Below are positions 1 to 9,244 of a DNA stretch of 43,169 bases, piece after piece. The number at the start of each line of letters is the position of its first letter. Position 1 is the stretch's first letter. Origin of the DNA: Candidatus Omnitrophota bacterium (GTDB lineage Bacteria > Ratteibacteria > UBA8468 > B48-G9 > JAFGKM01). The stretch is taken from the NCBI GenBank assembly GCA_023818745.1, contig JAMWBY010000001.1, positions 1 to 43,169 of the forward strand. The letters are read 5' to 3'. Position numbers and translations under genes: made by a program. The notes under the pieces were generated by a model. That model did no database searches and had not been told where the DNA came from. It worked only from the letters and a program-made list of their open reading frames with translations.

Positions 1-893
1 TCTACCAAATCCATAATCCTGAATCAATTTTGCAATCACAATATTCATCCCATTTATTCTTGCTCCATGGTCAATATCAAATTTCCCAGGTCCACCAAGT
101 ATTATTCCGTCATTATATCCTTGACTATTTATATGCATATGAACAAGCATTTTATTATCAATCTCTTCAACTGTATCATAAATATGGTCAAGTCCAATCA
201 TTTCAGAATGTCCAAATTCCTTATTAACACCTTTTTTTTCTATTTTTATTCCATAATCCTCATTTAATTTCTTCCAAAATAAAATAGCACTTGCAACTGT
301 TGGAATTAACATACAAGGATGTCCCTCATTTGGTTTCGGTTCAATTGCAAAATAAAATTCTCCATCTTTTTTTCCTCATATTTACAAAGATTAACAATAC
401 TTTCTTTCAAATTTTCATACATTTTCTTTATAAAAGGAGTTGCAATATCATATCCCCATGAACCATTCCATAAAACAAATGTTGGCTCTTTATCATCTAA
501 AAAAACATCTTTCATCTCATAACCAACATCAACTGTTTTTATTCCGAATTCTTCTGCCTTTTTTCTTTCATCAGGGTTTAAAGAAGCAATACCTCCATAA
601 GCAAAATGAGAATGTGCTCCCGGAGTAATTAAAGCAAGATAAATATTTTCCTCTTTCATAATATCAACAACCTCTTTAACATTTTGCTCATTTATTTCTG
701 TATCATAATGTAATTTAATTCCTATAATAATATTTTCAGGTAATCTTGGTTTAATTTTTTTTGCAACAAGTTTCACAAAATCAACCGTAGTAAATTTATC
801 AGAACTCCAAGAGGGTCTTATATTTGAAGGGACAAAACCACCTTTTCCAGGATTAAATGTCCATCTACAAATTGAATGATATGATTTTATCAT
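1..893 (-). pseudogene. Xylose-isomerase-family sugar isomerase (TIM barrel). The reading frame is broken at an A7 run and the 3-prime end runs off the window.
   Basis: ORF 306..893 (HSICRWTFNPGKGGF...) stops 20 codons after an A7 run. The -1 frame is open from 365 down to base 1. It encodes DGEFYFAIEPKPNEGHP...VNKEFGHSEMIG...HMHINSQ...DIDHG, matching the EPKPxEP and metal-ligand blocks of the XylA-type isomerase family. Confidence 0.7.
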
Positions 894-914
894 TTTTTCA
901 ATTACCTCTAAACT

Positions 915-2411
915 TTATTTTGTTATTTCTTTTTCAGGTCTTCCTTCAACAAGCCATTCTGTATGAAATTCTCTCTCTTTTCCATCTTCTGTTTTTAAAA
1001 CTTCAGGATTATTAATTGATTTGATTTTAAAATATCCATGAGCACCAAAGTAGTCCCTTTGCAATGCACTCACCTGGGCTGAAAACATAACTGGACTTGT
1101 GATTTGTAAAATATAATCATAAGAATTTGCAAAAGATGGAACAGGAACTCCTGCTTTATGGGAAATTTCAATAAACTTAGCAAGTTTTTTAATATTTTTT
1201 GTTATAAATTCAGAAAAATTTTTATCAACAAGTAGATTTGGCAGATCAGGATTTTCTCTATATGCATTTGTTATTTCATCAAGGAATTGTGCCCTTATAA
1301 TACATCCTGCACGCCATATTTTTGCAATTTCGCCAAGTTTTAAATTCCATTTATAAAATTCACTCGCAGATTTTAAAAGAGCAAGTCCTTGAGCATAAGA
1401 TGAAATTTTGGCAATATAAAGAGCATCATGCGCAACTTTAATTATGTTTTTCTTTGAACCTTTAAATTCTTCTTTAATATCCAATTTTAACATAGAAGAA
1501 ACTTTTAATCTGATATCTTTATCTTGAGACATTTCTCTTGAAAAAACAGCAGATGCAATTGTAGGAACTGGAACAAGCAATTCAAGAGCACTTTGAACTG
1601 TCCAAGTCCCTGTTCCTTTCATTCTTGTTATATCTGCAACAATATCCACAAGATATTCATTCAGGTTTTCTTTATGTTTTTCCTTCATTAAATCACCTGT
1701 AATCTGAATTAAATAACTTCTCAGTATATCATTTTCTCCATTCCACTGGCTCATTATTTCTGCTATTTCTCCTGAACTCATACCAAATCCATTTTTGAAA
1801 AACCAACAACATTCACCAATTAACTGCATATCTCCATATTCAATTCCATTATGAACCATTTTTACATAGTGCCCGGCTCCATCTGGACCTATATAAGTAA
1901 CACATGGTTGGCCATCATATGCTTTTGCAGATATTTTTTTAAACATTTCTTCAACAAGTTTATAGGCCTCAAATTGTCCTCCTGGCATAATAGCAGGTCC
2001 TTTCAAAGCACCTTCTTCTCCTCCAGAAACACCAGTTCCTATAAATAAAATTCCTTTTTCTGAAAGTTGGTTACTTCTTCTTATTGTATCCTTGAAAAAT
2101 GAGTTTCCACCATCTATAATTAAATCGCCTTTGTCAAGAATTGGAACAAGTTTTGATATAAAATCATCTACTGGTTGTCCTTCTTTTACCATAAGCATAA
2201 TTTTTCTTGGCCTTTCAAGATTTGCAACAAAATCAGAAATTTCATAAGTTGGTATTATGTTTTTCCCTTTGCCTTGTGTTTCTACAAATGCCTTAGTTTT
2301 TTCTCCTGTCCTATTAAATACAACAACTGTATACCCATTCCTTTCAAAATTAAGTGCAAGATTCCTACCCATAACCTCCATTCCAATTATTCCAATATCT
2401 CCTTTTTTCAT
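915..2411 (-). CDS. gnd: 6-phosphogluconate dehydrogenase, decarboxylating
   Basis: N-terminal Rossmann IGIIGMEVMGRNLALN, and full-length resemblance to Gnd (GIEYGDMQLI, RAGCIIR, YFGAHGY blocks). An AAGGAGG Shine-Dalgarno sequence lies upstream. Confidence 0.93.
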   Translation of the reverse strand: MKKGDIGIIGMEVMGRNLALNFERNGYTVVVFNRTGEKTKAFVETQGKGKNIIPTYEISDFVANLERPRKIMLMVKEGQPVDDFISKLVPILDKGDLIIDGGNSFFKDTIRRSNQLSEKGILFIGTGVSGGEEGALKGPAIMPGGQFEAYKLVEEMFKKISAKAYDGQPCVTYIGPDGAGHYVKMVHNGIEYGDMQLIGECCWFFKNGFGMSSGEIAEIMSQWNGENDILRSYLIQITGDLMKEKHKENLNEYLVDIVADITRMKGTGTWTVQSALELLVPVPTIASAVFSREMSQDKDIRLKVSSMLKLDIKEEFKGSKKNIIKVAHDALYIAKISSYAQGLALLKSASEFYKWNLKLGEIAKIWRAGCIIRAQFLDEITNAYRENPDLPNLLVDKNFSEFITKNIKKLAKFIEISHKAGVPVPSFANSYDYILQITSPVMFSAQVSALQRDYFGAHGYFKIKSINNPEVLKTEDGKEREFHTEWLVEGRPEKEITK

Positions 2412-2525
2412 CTTGCCTCCTTTTTATATCGGATTTAAAATTCAAAGATTTTTAAAAGAAAACTTTTACAATTTTATTGTATATCAAATACCTGAAAAAA
2501 GCAATTTTAAAACATTTTTCTATTT

Positions 2526-4499
2526 TTAAAAATCTATTACAAGAAATGACATATATGGAATTCTAAATTTGCTTTTCCATATATTGTTAGTTACTTTTAA
2601 AACCCTTCCAGGAATTGGTTTTTCAAGAGGTTTAAGAAGGGTTATTATTTTAGGGGTTTTTTTATAATCTATATTTACAAAAGCAGGGTCCGGACAGCCA
2701 TTTAATATACATAATATCTCTTCTTTCCCTTTTTTGAAAAACATAGGTATTAGATACGAACTTCCTGATACCAAAGGAAAAGGAATTTGATTTTTGTAGA
2801 GAAATTTAATAATCTTATGAGCCATAGTTTGTCTAAAGAAGTTAAAATCAGAAGGAACAACTATACCTACTCTTCCTCCTTTATTATTCTCATAGAGAGT
2901 AATTCCAGGACCTATAACTTTTTTTTCAGGTGTAATAACTTCTGTCCATACAATTGTTTCTTTAAATGGTTTAAATACATTAAATTTGGGAAGCAGGTTT
3001 ACACTGCAGTAAATATCCTCTCTTACTCCACTTTCACTATTTTTAACAACTTCAAGCGAATAATTTGATTCTTCCCTTGTAAGTGTCTGCTTATACTTAA
3101 CTCCTATATATTTTTCAAATCCTCTTTTACACAGTATTTTTGCACTCTCACCATCAAGTAGAAGTCCACTTTTTAACATTTTAAAAATTTCATTATCATC
3201 AAAACTCCAAGCATTATTTCCAAAGATAGCATTGACTTTCTGAATTTCTGAGCAGGCAGGAATACCATAAGATAGGAGAAATTTCCATGTAAAGGAAGGG
3301 TCTACAACGAGTTCAGCAAAACTTTTCCCTTCAACAGTTTCCACCTTTTCTGCTGCATTTTCTTTCCATGGAATACCCACACCATAAAGTGAATATTCGT
3401 TAGAAAACTTATCACATATCCATGAAAGTGAATTATAACTGTTACTTAATAATTCACCAATATTTTTTTCTTCATTTGGAGTGTTACCAACAAAAGGAAA
3501 AAGATTTAATAAAAGCGCGTCAGAACCAAAAAACATAGCTAATGCCATTTCTGACCAAGTTTGAGTATCTGACTTGCTCCATGTAGTATAAGGAAAATTT
3601 TCTATCTCTGGTTCTACTTCACAATAAATTGGTCTAAGTTGTTTCTGAATATCAAGCATCATAATAGAATAAATTTTATTCCTACCAAGATCTTCCTGAT
3701 AAGGAGCAAAGTGAGGTCTGTGAACAACCTTATTATTTATTGTAAGGGATTCAAAAAGTTCATGCCATCTTCTACCTTCAATACTATGAAGTGAAGGATG
3801 AGAACTCATAAGTCCTAATTTTGTTTTCCCTTTGGAACTTTTTTCCACAGCATTTCTAATATTTCTGGCAACATCTAATTGTATTTCTCTCCATATTTCT
3901 AACCATATTTTTCGCCAAGGATGGGGCTTACCAGGTTGTAAAATCTTTTTTACTATATCTTTTCTTGAAACTTTCTTTCCTATTTTTTCAGAGAATTTTT
4001 TAAGGATTTGATTTTCAAAACCACCACCCCATGTAAGAGGAGCATGATTGTGATACCGGAAATCATCTTCAATCCAAATTGTATTAAACCCCAATTTTGC
4101 AAATCTACTGTAAAGATTACAAATATACTTTTTCCAGTTTTTATCGGCAAAAGAAGCAGTAGCATTACTTACCTCTCCATAGGGAGAAACCATTGGTTTA
4201 AATCTTCTATCCGTAGGAAATTTTCTTCCTCTGTCACAGTGAAGAACGGTCATCCATGGATTTAAACTTACCTTTATTCCTTTTTTTTCAATTATTTCTT
4301 TTGCTGTTTTGATTGTTTCAAACCATAAATTCTCTTCTTTTTCTGAAAGAAGCCCGTTATTCCATTCCTCTCCAGCAAAAAATAGAACCACTTCTTCTAT
4401 TCTATGTTTAATACAAAATTCTGTCAGTATTTCTGCATCTTTCTTAACATTTATTCCTGGAATTATTTGAAATCGCAAATGATATTTTACCTTTTTCAT
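2526..4499 (-). CDS. Large cytoplasmic protein of unknown function. It may be a TIM-barrel carbohydrate-active enzyme.
   Basis: Uninterrupted 657-aa ORF with no signal peptide. The block NTIWIEDDFRYHNH and alternating beta/alpha-like segments suggest a glycosidase-like barrel. The neighbourhood is sugar-related. I do not recognise the family. Confidence 0.3.
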   Translation of the reverse strand: MKKVKYHLRFQIIPGINVKKDAEILTEFCIKHRIEEVVLFFAGEEWNNGLLSEKEENLWFETIKTAKEIIEKKGIKVSLNPWMTVLHCDRGRKFPTDRRFKPMVSPYGEVSNATASFADKNWKKYICNLYSRFAKLGFNTIWIEDDFRYHNHAPLTWGGGFENQILKKFSEKIGKKVSRKDIVKKILQPGKPHPWRKIWLEIWREIQLDVARNIRNAVEKSSKGKTKLGLMSSHPSLHSIEGRRWHELFESLTINNKVVHRPHFAPYQEDLGRNKIYSIMMLDIQKQLRPIYCEVEPEIENFPYTTWSKSDTQTWSEMALAMFFGSDALLLNLFPFVGNTPNEEKNIGELLSNSYNSLSWICDKFSNEYSLYGVGIPWKENAAEKVETVEGKSFAELVVDPSFTWKFLLSYGIPACSEIQKVNAIFGNNAWSFDDNEIFKMLKSGLLLDGESAKILCKRGFEKYIGVKYKQTLTREESNYSLEVVKNSESGVREDIYCSVNLLPKFNVFKPFKETIVWTEVITPEKKVIGPGITLYENNKGGRVGIVVPSDFNFFRQTMAHKIIKFLYKNQIPFPLVSGSSYLIPMFFKKGKEEILCILNGCPDPAFVNIDYKKTPKIITLLKPLEKPIPGRVLKVTNNIWKSKFRIPYMSFLVIDF

Positions 4500-4509
4500 A
4501 ATTTTTTTA

Positions 4510-4538
4510 TTTTAAAAATTATTATTATTTCTGTCAAT
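4510..4538 (-). promoter_or_regulatory. Candidate sigma70-type promoter for the 657-aa gene (TTGACA, 17-nt spacer, TAAAAT)
   Basis: On the minus strand, TTGACA lies at 4538..4533 and TAAAAT at 4515..4510. The -10 element ends only about 10 nt before the ATG at 4499, and no SD is visible. Confidence 0.35.
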
Positions 4539-4593
4539 CATTATTGTTTTTTTCATGTAAATCATATGAAAAACTGATAACAAAAATTTTCAC

Positions 4594-4623
4594 TTGACAA
4601 AATTAAAATATATGCTTTATAAT
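4594..4623 (+). promoter_or_regulatory. Candidate sigma70-type promoter for the LacI-headed operon (TTGACA, 18-nt spacer, TATAAT)
   Basis: Exact TTGACA at 4594..4599 and exact TATAAT at 4618..4623. An imperfect inverted repeat AAGCGGTT-aatat-a-AACCGTTT (4628..4649) follows, before the ATG at 4653. Confidence 0.5.
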
Positions 4624-4652
4624 AATAAAGCGGTTAATATAAACCGTTTAAA

Positions 4653-5663
4653 ATGGAAAAAATAACGATAAAAGATATTGCAAAAAAAGCAGGTGTCTCT
4701 CCAGCAGTAGTATCTATTGTATTAAATAATAAAAGAAACACAAAAATATTTGTAAGTGAAGAAAAAAGAAAAAGAATACTTGAAATTGCAAAAAGAGAAA
4801 AATACACTCCAAACAAATATGCAAAAGCACTTGCTACAGGAAGGACAAATACGATAGGAATAATAATTCAACATCTTGAACCTTATACTTCATATTTATT
4901 GGAAAATTTACAGAAATATGCTTTAAAGAAAGATTATGAACTGATGCTTTATCTTATAGAAGATAAAATTGAAAAGGAAAAAGAAATTTTTGAAAAGATT
5001 GCATATGGAACTACAGATGGTTTGATAATTACACATTTTCTAAGTAATCCAGAAGAATATTTAAATTATGCAAAATTATATAAAATAAAAATTGTAACTA
5101 TTACTCCACCTATTGATGATTTACCCTGTGTATATTTTGATGAAAAAATTGCGGGAGAAATATCTGCTAAATATTTAATAAAAACAGGTTGCAAAAGGTT
5201 ATGTGTTGCGGGTGGATATAAGGATTCTGAAAGGTTTAAAGGTTTTATTGAATATGCGAAAAAGTATAACATAACAGTTAATGAAATTATAGATGATAAA
5301 GTTAGAGGATATTTTGAAGATGGATTTGAAATTGCAAAAAGGATATTAAATTTGAAAAAATTACCAGATGGGATTTTTGCATTTAATGATACAATTGCTG
5401 GAGTTATTATTTCAGAATTTAACAAAAGAGGAATAAAAATTCCAGATGAAGTTTCAATTATAGGATGTGATAATACTCAACTTTGTTACTATACTACTCC
5501 AAATCTAACCAGTATAGAGATAAAAACAAAAGAAAGAGCAAAGATTGCGATTGATATGATTATAGACATAATAAATGGCAAAGAAATAAAAATGAAACAG
5601 ATTATTTTAAAACCAGAGTTAGTTATTAGAAATTCAACAAGAAAAAAGGAGGTGATATTATGA
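4653..5663 (+). CDS. LacI-family transcriptional regulator
   Basis: N-terminal [26 protein letters not shown] followed by a periplasmic-binding-protein-like sugar-sensor domain ([16 protein letters not shown]). Confidence 0.92.
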   Translation: MEKITIKDIAKKAGVSPAVVSIVLNNKRNTKIFVSEEKRKRILEIAKREKYTPNKYAKALATGRTNTIGIIIQHLEPYTSYLLENLQKYALKKDYELMLYLIEDKIEKEKEIFEKIAYGTTDGLIITHFLSNPEEYLNYAKLYKIKIVTITPPIDDLPCVYFDEKIAGEISAKYLIKTGCKRLCVAGGYKDSERFKGFIEYAKKYNITVNEIIDDKVRGYFEDGFEIAKRILNLKKLPDGIFAFNDTIAGVIISEFNKRGIKIPDEVSIIGCDNTQLCYYTTPNLTSIEIKTKERAKIAIDMIIDIINGKEIKMKQIILKPELVIRNSTRKKEVIL

Positions 5664-6301
5664 AAAGGAAAGGTTTTACGTTAATTGAGTTGCTTGTGGT
5701 AGTGGCGATAATTGCGATTTTAGCAGCGATGTTACTTCCAGCACTTTCTAAAGCAAGAGAAAGGGCAAGACAGGCGGTATGTATGAGCAACTTAAAACAA
5801 ATAGGTCTTACTCTTCTAATGTATGTAGAGGATTACGATGGTTATTTACCAACTGCAAGAGTAGGAACGACTTCTAATACTTGGTTTTCTTTAATATCCA
5901 AAATCACAATTATATGGGTAGGTTATACAACATGGTATCCTAAAGAGCCAGCAATTCCTTTTTATTTCTGGAGATGTCCTTCTGCAATAAAAATAAAAGG
6001 AGAAACATTTGATTGGTATCCTTTTTATAAAGTGAGTTATACATGGAATAGTATGGCAAATTATAAAAAATTAAATAGAAACCCAAATCCTTCAAAATCA
6101 CCTATAGTTTATGATGGGAAATCTTTATATGGAACAGGTTATTATGGATATTCAGACCTCAGAAATTATGCATCACCGAAGAGACACCTTGAAGGAATGA
6201 ATTTACTTTTTCTTGATGGACATGTTGAATGGTATCCAGATAACCTATGGCCAAGAACAGGAAGCGGAAGTAGATACGCTGGTTTTATATGGACATGGTA
6301 A
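5660..6301 (+). CDS. Prepilin-type N-terminal cleavage/methylation protein, DUF1559 / H-X9-DG family (pseudopilin-like)
   Basis: Class III signal [29 protein letters not shown]. The C-terminal [17 protein letters not shown] fits H-X9-DG. The start overlaps the LacI stop (ATGA), with an AAGGAGG SD. Confidence 0.9.
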   Translation: MKRKGFTLIELLVVVAIIAILAAMLLPALSKARERARQAVCMSNLKQIGLTLLMYVEDYDGYLPTARVGTTSNTWFSLISKITIIWVGYTTWYPKEPAIPFYFWRCPSAIKIKGETFDWYPFYKVSYTWNSMANYKKLNRNPNPSKSPIVYDGKSLYGTGYYGYSDLRNYASPKRHLEGMNLLFLDGHVEWYPDNLWPRTGSGSRYAGFIWTW

Positions 6302-6324
6302 AAATATATTAAAAAAGGAGGGTT

Positions 6325-8457
6325 ATGAAGAGAAAATTTTTGATTTTTTTGAATTTATTTGTGATTAATTTATTTTCAGAAAACTATTATATAAGTAATA
6401 AATTGAACAATAAGTTTATTTTAAAGCCAAGCGAAGAGAAAAGCATTTTGTTTACTTATGATAAAAAAATTACTGGTTCAAAGATTTTACTGTGGATAAA
6501 AGGAAGAATTATGACAGATAGGGAAGGATTTGGTGAATATTGTTTAAGTTTAAAGGTGAATGACAAGGAATTGGAAAAGTTTATAAATAAAGGACAAATA
6601 TTAAAAAATATTGCTTTCCCTGAGGATAACATTTATTTTTATTTGCCCGAAAAAAAAGTATTTTTTCTAAAATATGATTCTGATTATTTACCATACAATT
6701 CTTCTTTTTTGAATGACCCATATAATTGTTCATTTTTTTTAGCAAATGCAAATACAAAATGGAATAAATATGAATTTATAAATTATTACTATGCTTATGT
6801 TTTTGATATAACCGATATTGTAAACCAAGGGAAAAATACCATTTATTTGAAAAATTTAGGTCTTCAATATCCTATAGAATTAGAATATCAGATTAAAGAA
6901 TTAAGTCACCCTATTATCTTATATTCTCATGAACCTGACAGATTGATCTTTCCTCATACTTTTCCTTCTTTTGAGGACTTAAAAGAGAATCTTCATCTAA
7001 CAGGAAAAGGAACTACAGGGACATTTGTTCCACTTGTTTTGTCAATAAAAAATTTAGAAGAGAAAGATATTAAATTTGAAATAAATGTAGATGATTTGAT
7101 TAATGAAAAACAGAAAAATTTAAAAATAGATAAAGAAAAAATTGAAATAAGAATTTTAAATTATACCTCAATAAAAACATCAAGAAATTTTGAATTTATT
7201 GATAATGAAAAAATTTTATATCCAGATAAACTTGAACCTTCTAAATTTATAGATTTATTAAATAAACAAACGAAAACAGTATGGATAAATATAAATATTC
7301 CAGATGATATACCTTATGGCACATTTAAAGGAAAATTAAATTTAAAGTCAGAGAAGCACAATTTTGATATTCCAGTAATTGTTGATGTTTTACCTTTTAA
7401 ACTTTCTAAAATAGAAATTATGTGGGGTTTATGGGTTAATAATTTGCCAGGGAAATTTGATGAATTAACAAGTAAGAGAATACAGGATTTAAAAAATCAT
7501 GGGATTAATTCAGTTACAATGGACCCTTGGACATGTCCTGTTAAAATTAGCAAAGAGGGAGAAAATATAAAAATTGACTTAACAGGACTTGAAATGGCAA
7601 TGGATTTATATAGTAAAAATAATATAAATACAAATGGTCCTATTCCATATGGAGTTTTGAGTCCAATTTTTGATCAAATAAAAACTATTTCTCAAAGCGA
7701 AATAGGCGAAGAAAATTATTTTAAAGTTGCAGAACAGGTTTTTAAAAAAATTATGGAAATTTCTAAAAAATATAAAATTGACCTTTATTTCCATCCAATA
7801 GATGAACCAGATGTCCATCCAAATACTATTGAAAGTTTTGAAAAAATATGTAAATTAATTAAAAAAATAGAAGGAACAAAAGTATGGAGTAATAACACTC
7901 CTTCTGGAATGAAAAAATATATAAATTTAGTTGATGTAAATTGTTCCCCTTTATATCCTCTATTAGATGCCTATAGTGGACATAACTTTCAAAATTTTTT
8001 CTTTCCTAATTGGGGTATTATAGACAAGGATTGGATGAAAGAAAATGTAAAGCATACATATATTCAGGTAAGAAGTAAGACTCCTTACTCAAATAGATTA
8101 TATTATGGTTTTATGGCTTGGTATTTAAATCTTAATTCAATCTGGGGTTTTGCTTATTACTGGAATGTAAAAGAAGGTTGGTATGTTGCATATCCAGTTT
8201 TAAATAAAGATGGAGAAATTTGGTCAACAGTGGGATGGGAAATGCTTAGGGAAGGAATTTATGACTTTAAATATTTGAAAACCCTTGAAGAGTTATTAAA
8301 AATTAAATATGGGGATAAAGAAGCAAGAAACTACATAATGAAAAATATACTTCCACCTTTTGAAAAATTAAAGAATTTTTCCAATGAGGATTTTTGGAAT
8401 TTGCGAGAAAAAATAATAGATGAGATAATTAAACTGGTAAAAAAGGAGGGCAAATGA
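6325..8457 (+). CDS. Secreted protein of unknown function, possibly a glycoside-hydrolase-like (DUF4091-type) enzyme
   Basis: N-terminal signal peptide (KFLIFLNLFVINLFS), strong SD, and blocks FHPIDEPD and WGFAYYWN. The family assignment is tentative. Confidence 0.3.
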   Translation: MKRKFLIFLNLFVINLFSENYYISNKLNNKFILKPSEEKSILFTYDKKITGSKILLWIKGRIMTDREGFGEYCLSLKVNDKELEKFINKGQILKNIAFPEDNIYFYLPEKKVFFLKYDSDYLPYNSSFLNDPYNCSFFLANANTKWNKYEFINYYYAYVFDITDIVNQGKNTIYLKNLGLQYPIELEYQIKELSHPIILYSHEPDRLIFPHTFPSFEDLKENLHLTGKGTTGTFVPLVLSIKNLEEKDIKFEINVDDLINEKQKNLKIDKEKIEIRILNYTSIKTSRNFEFIDNEKILYPDKLEPSKFIDLLNKQTKTVWININIPDDIPYGTFKGKLNLKSEKHNFDIPVIVDVLPFKLSKIEIMWGLWVNNLPGKFDELTSKRIQDLKNHGINSVTMDPWTCPVKISKEGENIKIDLTGLEMAMDLYSKNNINTNGPIPYGVLSPIFDQIKTISQSEIGEENYFKVAEQVFKKIMEISKKYKIDLYFHPIDEPDVHPNTIESFEKICKLIKKIEGTKVWSNNTPSGMKKYINLVDVNCSPLYPLLDAYSGHNFQNFFFPNWGIIDKDWMKENVKHTYIQVRSKTPYSNRLYYGFMAWYLNLNSIWGFAYYWNVKEGWYVAYPVLNKDGEIWSTVGWEMLREGIYDFKYLKTLEELLKIKYGDKEARNYIMKNILPPFEKLKNFSNEDFWNLREKIIDEIIKLVKKEGK

Positions 8458-9239
8458 AAAAAAAGAAAATTATATTTATTTTTTTTATCTCAAATTTTTT
8501 ACTATATTCAGAAGTTATAAATATAGTTAAAGAAAAACAAATACCCTATAAAATTTCTGTTGGTTCATTTTTTCAACATTTTGGAAGGAAATTGGATAAT
8601 GATTTAACTCAATATAAAACTTACACCGTAAAAGATAATATTCTCTTAGACAAAAATGGCAAGGAAGTAGGCAAATTAGAAAAAGATGAAAAGTTATTTA
8701 TAGTTTTAGAAGATAAAAAAATAGAAGTGAAAGAAATTTTAAACTATATAATTTTTAATGAAAAAAATGAAAAAATAGGCAAAGTTAAATTAGACAAAGA
8801 TGGAAATATTGAAAATATTCTATTGATTGTTAATGAAAATGGTGATTTTTTTGAAAGAAAAGGACTTTTAATAGATGGTAAAGATTGGTATGCTCCGAAA
8901 AATGGGGTTTGTTATGTTTTCTGGAGAGTCCCTGTTGAAGAATCATTTATAACCGCTGAGTTCAATTTAGGTAAATTATATAAAATAAATAAAATAGTAG
9001 TAAGAGGTCAAAATCTTTCTGGAATGTATGGAGTGAGTAAAGTAAAAATATTTGTGAGTAAAGACGGAATAATATTTAATGAATTGAAATCAACAGAAGA
9101 AATTTCTCAACCTGAAAGTGGAAAATGGTTTGTTGAGTTTCCTAATTTAGACATAGATGCTAAATTTGTAAGAATAACTGGATTTGCAAAAGAAAATAAA
9201 TATTTAGATTTAACAGAATGTGAAATTTGGGGTGAGTGA
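8454..9239 (+). CDS. Secreted protein with a C-terminal discoidin (F5/8 type C) carbohydrate-binding domain
   Basis: Signal peptide present. The C-terminal pattern AEFNLGKLYKINKIVV...KIFVSKDG..F...AKFVRITG...LTECEIWGE is typical of discoidin domains. The start overlaps the upstream stop by 4 nt. Confidence 0.6.
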   Translation: MKKKKIIFIFFISNFLLYSEVINIVKEKQIPYKISVGSFFQHFGRKLDNDLTQYKTYTVKDNILLDKNGKEVGKLEKDEKLFIVLEDKKIEVKEILNYIIFNEKNEKIGKVKLDKDGNIENILLIVNENGDFFERKGLLIDGKDWYAPKNGVCYVFWRVPVEESFITAEFNLGKLYKINKIVVRGQNLSGMYGVSKVKIFVSKDGIIFNELKSTEEISQPESGKWFVEFPNLDIDAKFVRITGFAKENKYLDLTECEIWGE

Positions 9240-9244
9240 AAAAT

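Noticed and set aside
30-267. Two plus-strand ORFs of 65 and 66 aa at the window start
   Set aside because: They are antisense to the conserved C-terminal half of the xylose-isomerase-family gene, and their translations are low complexity.
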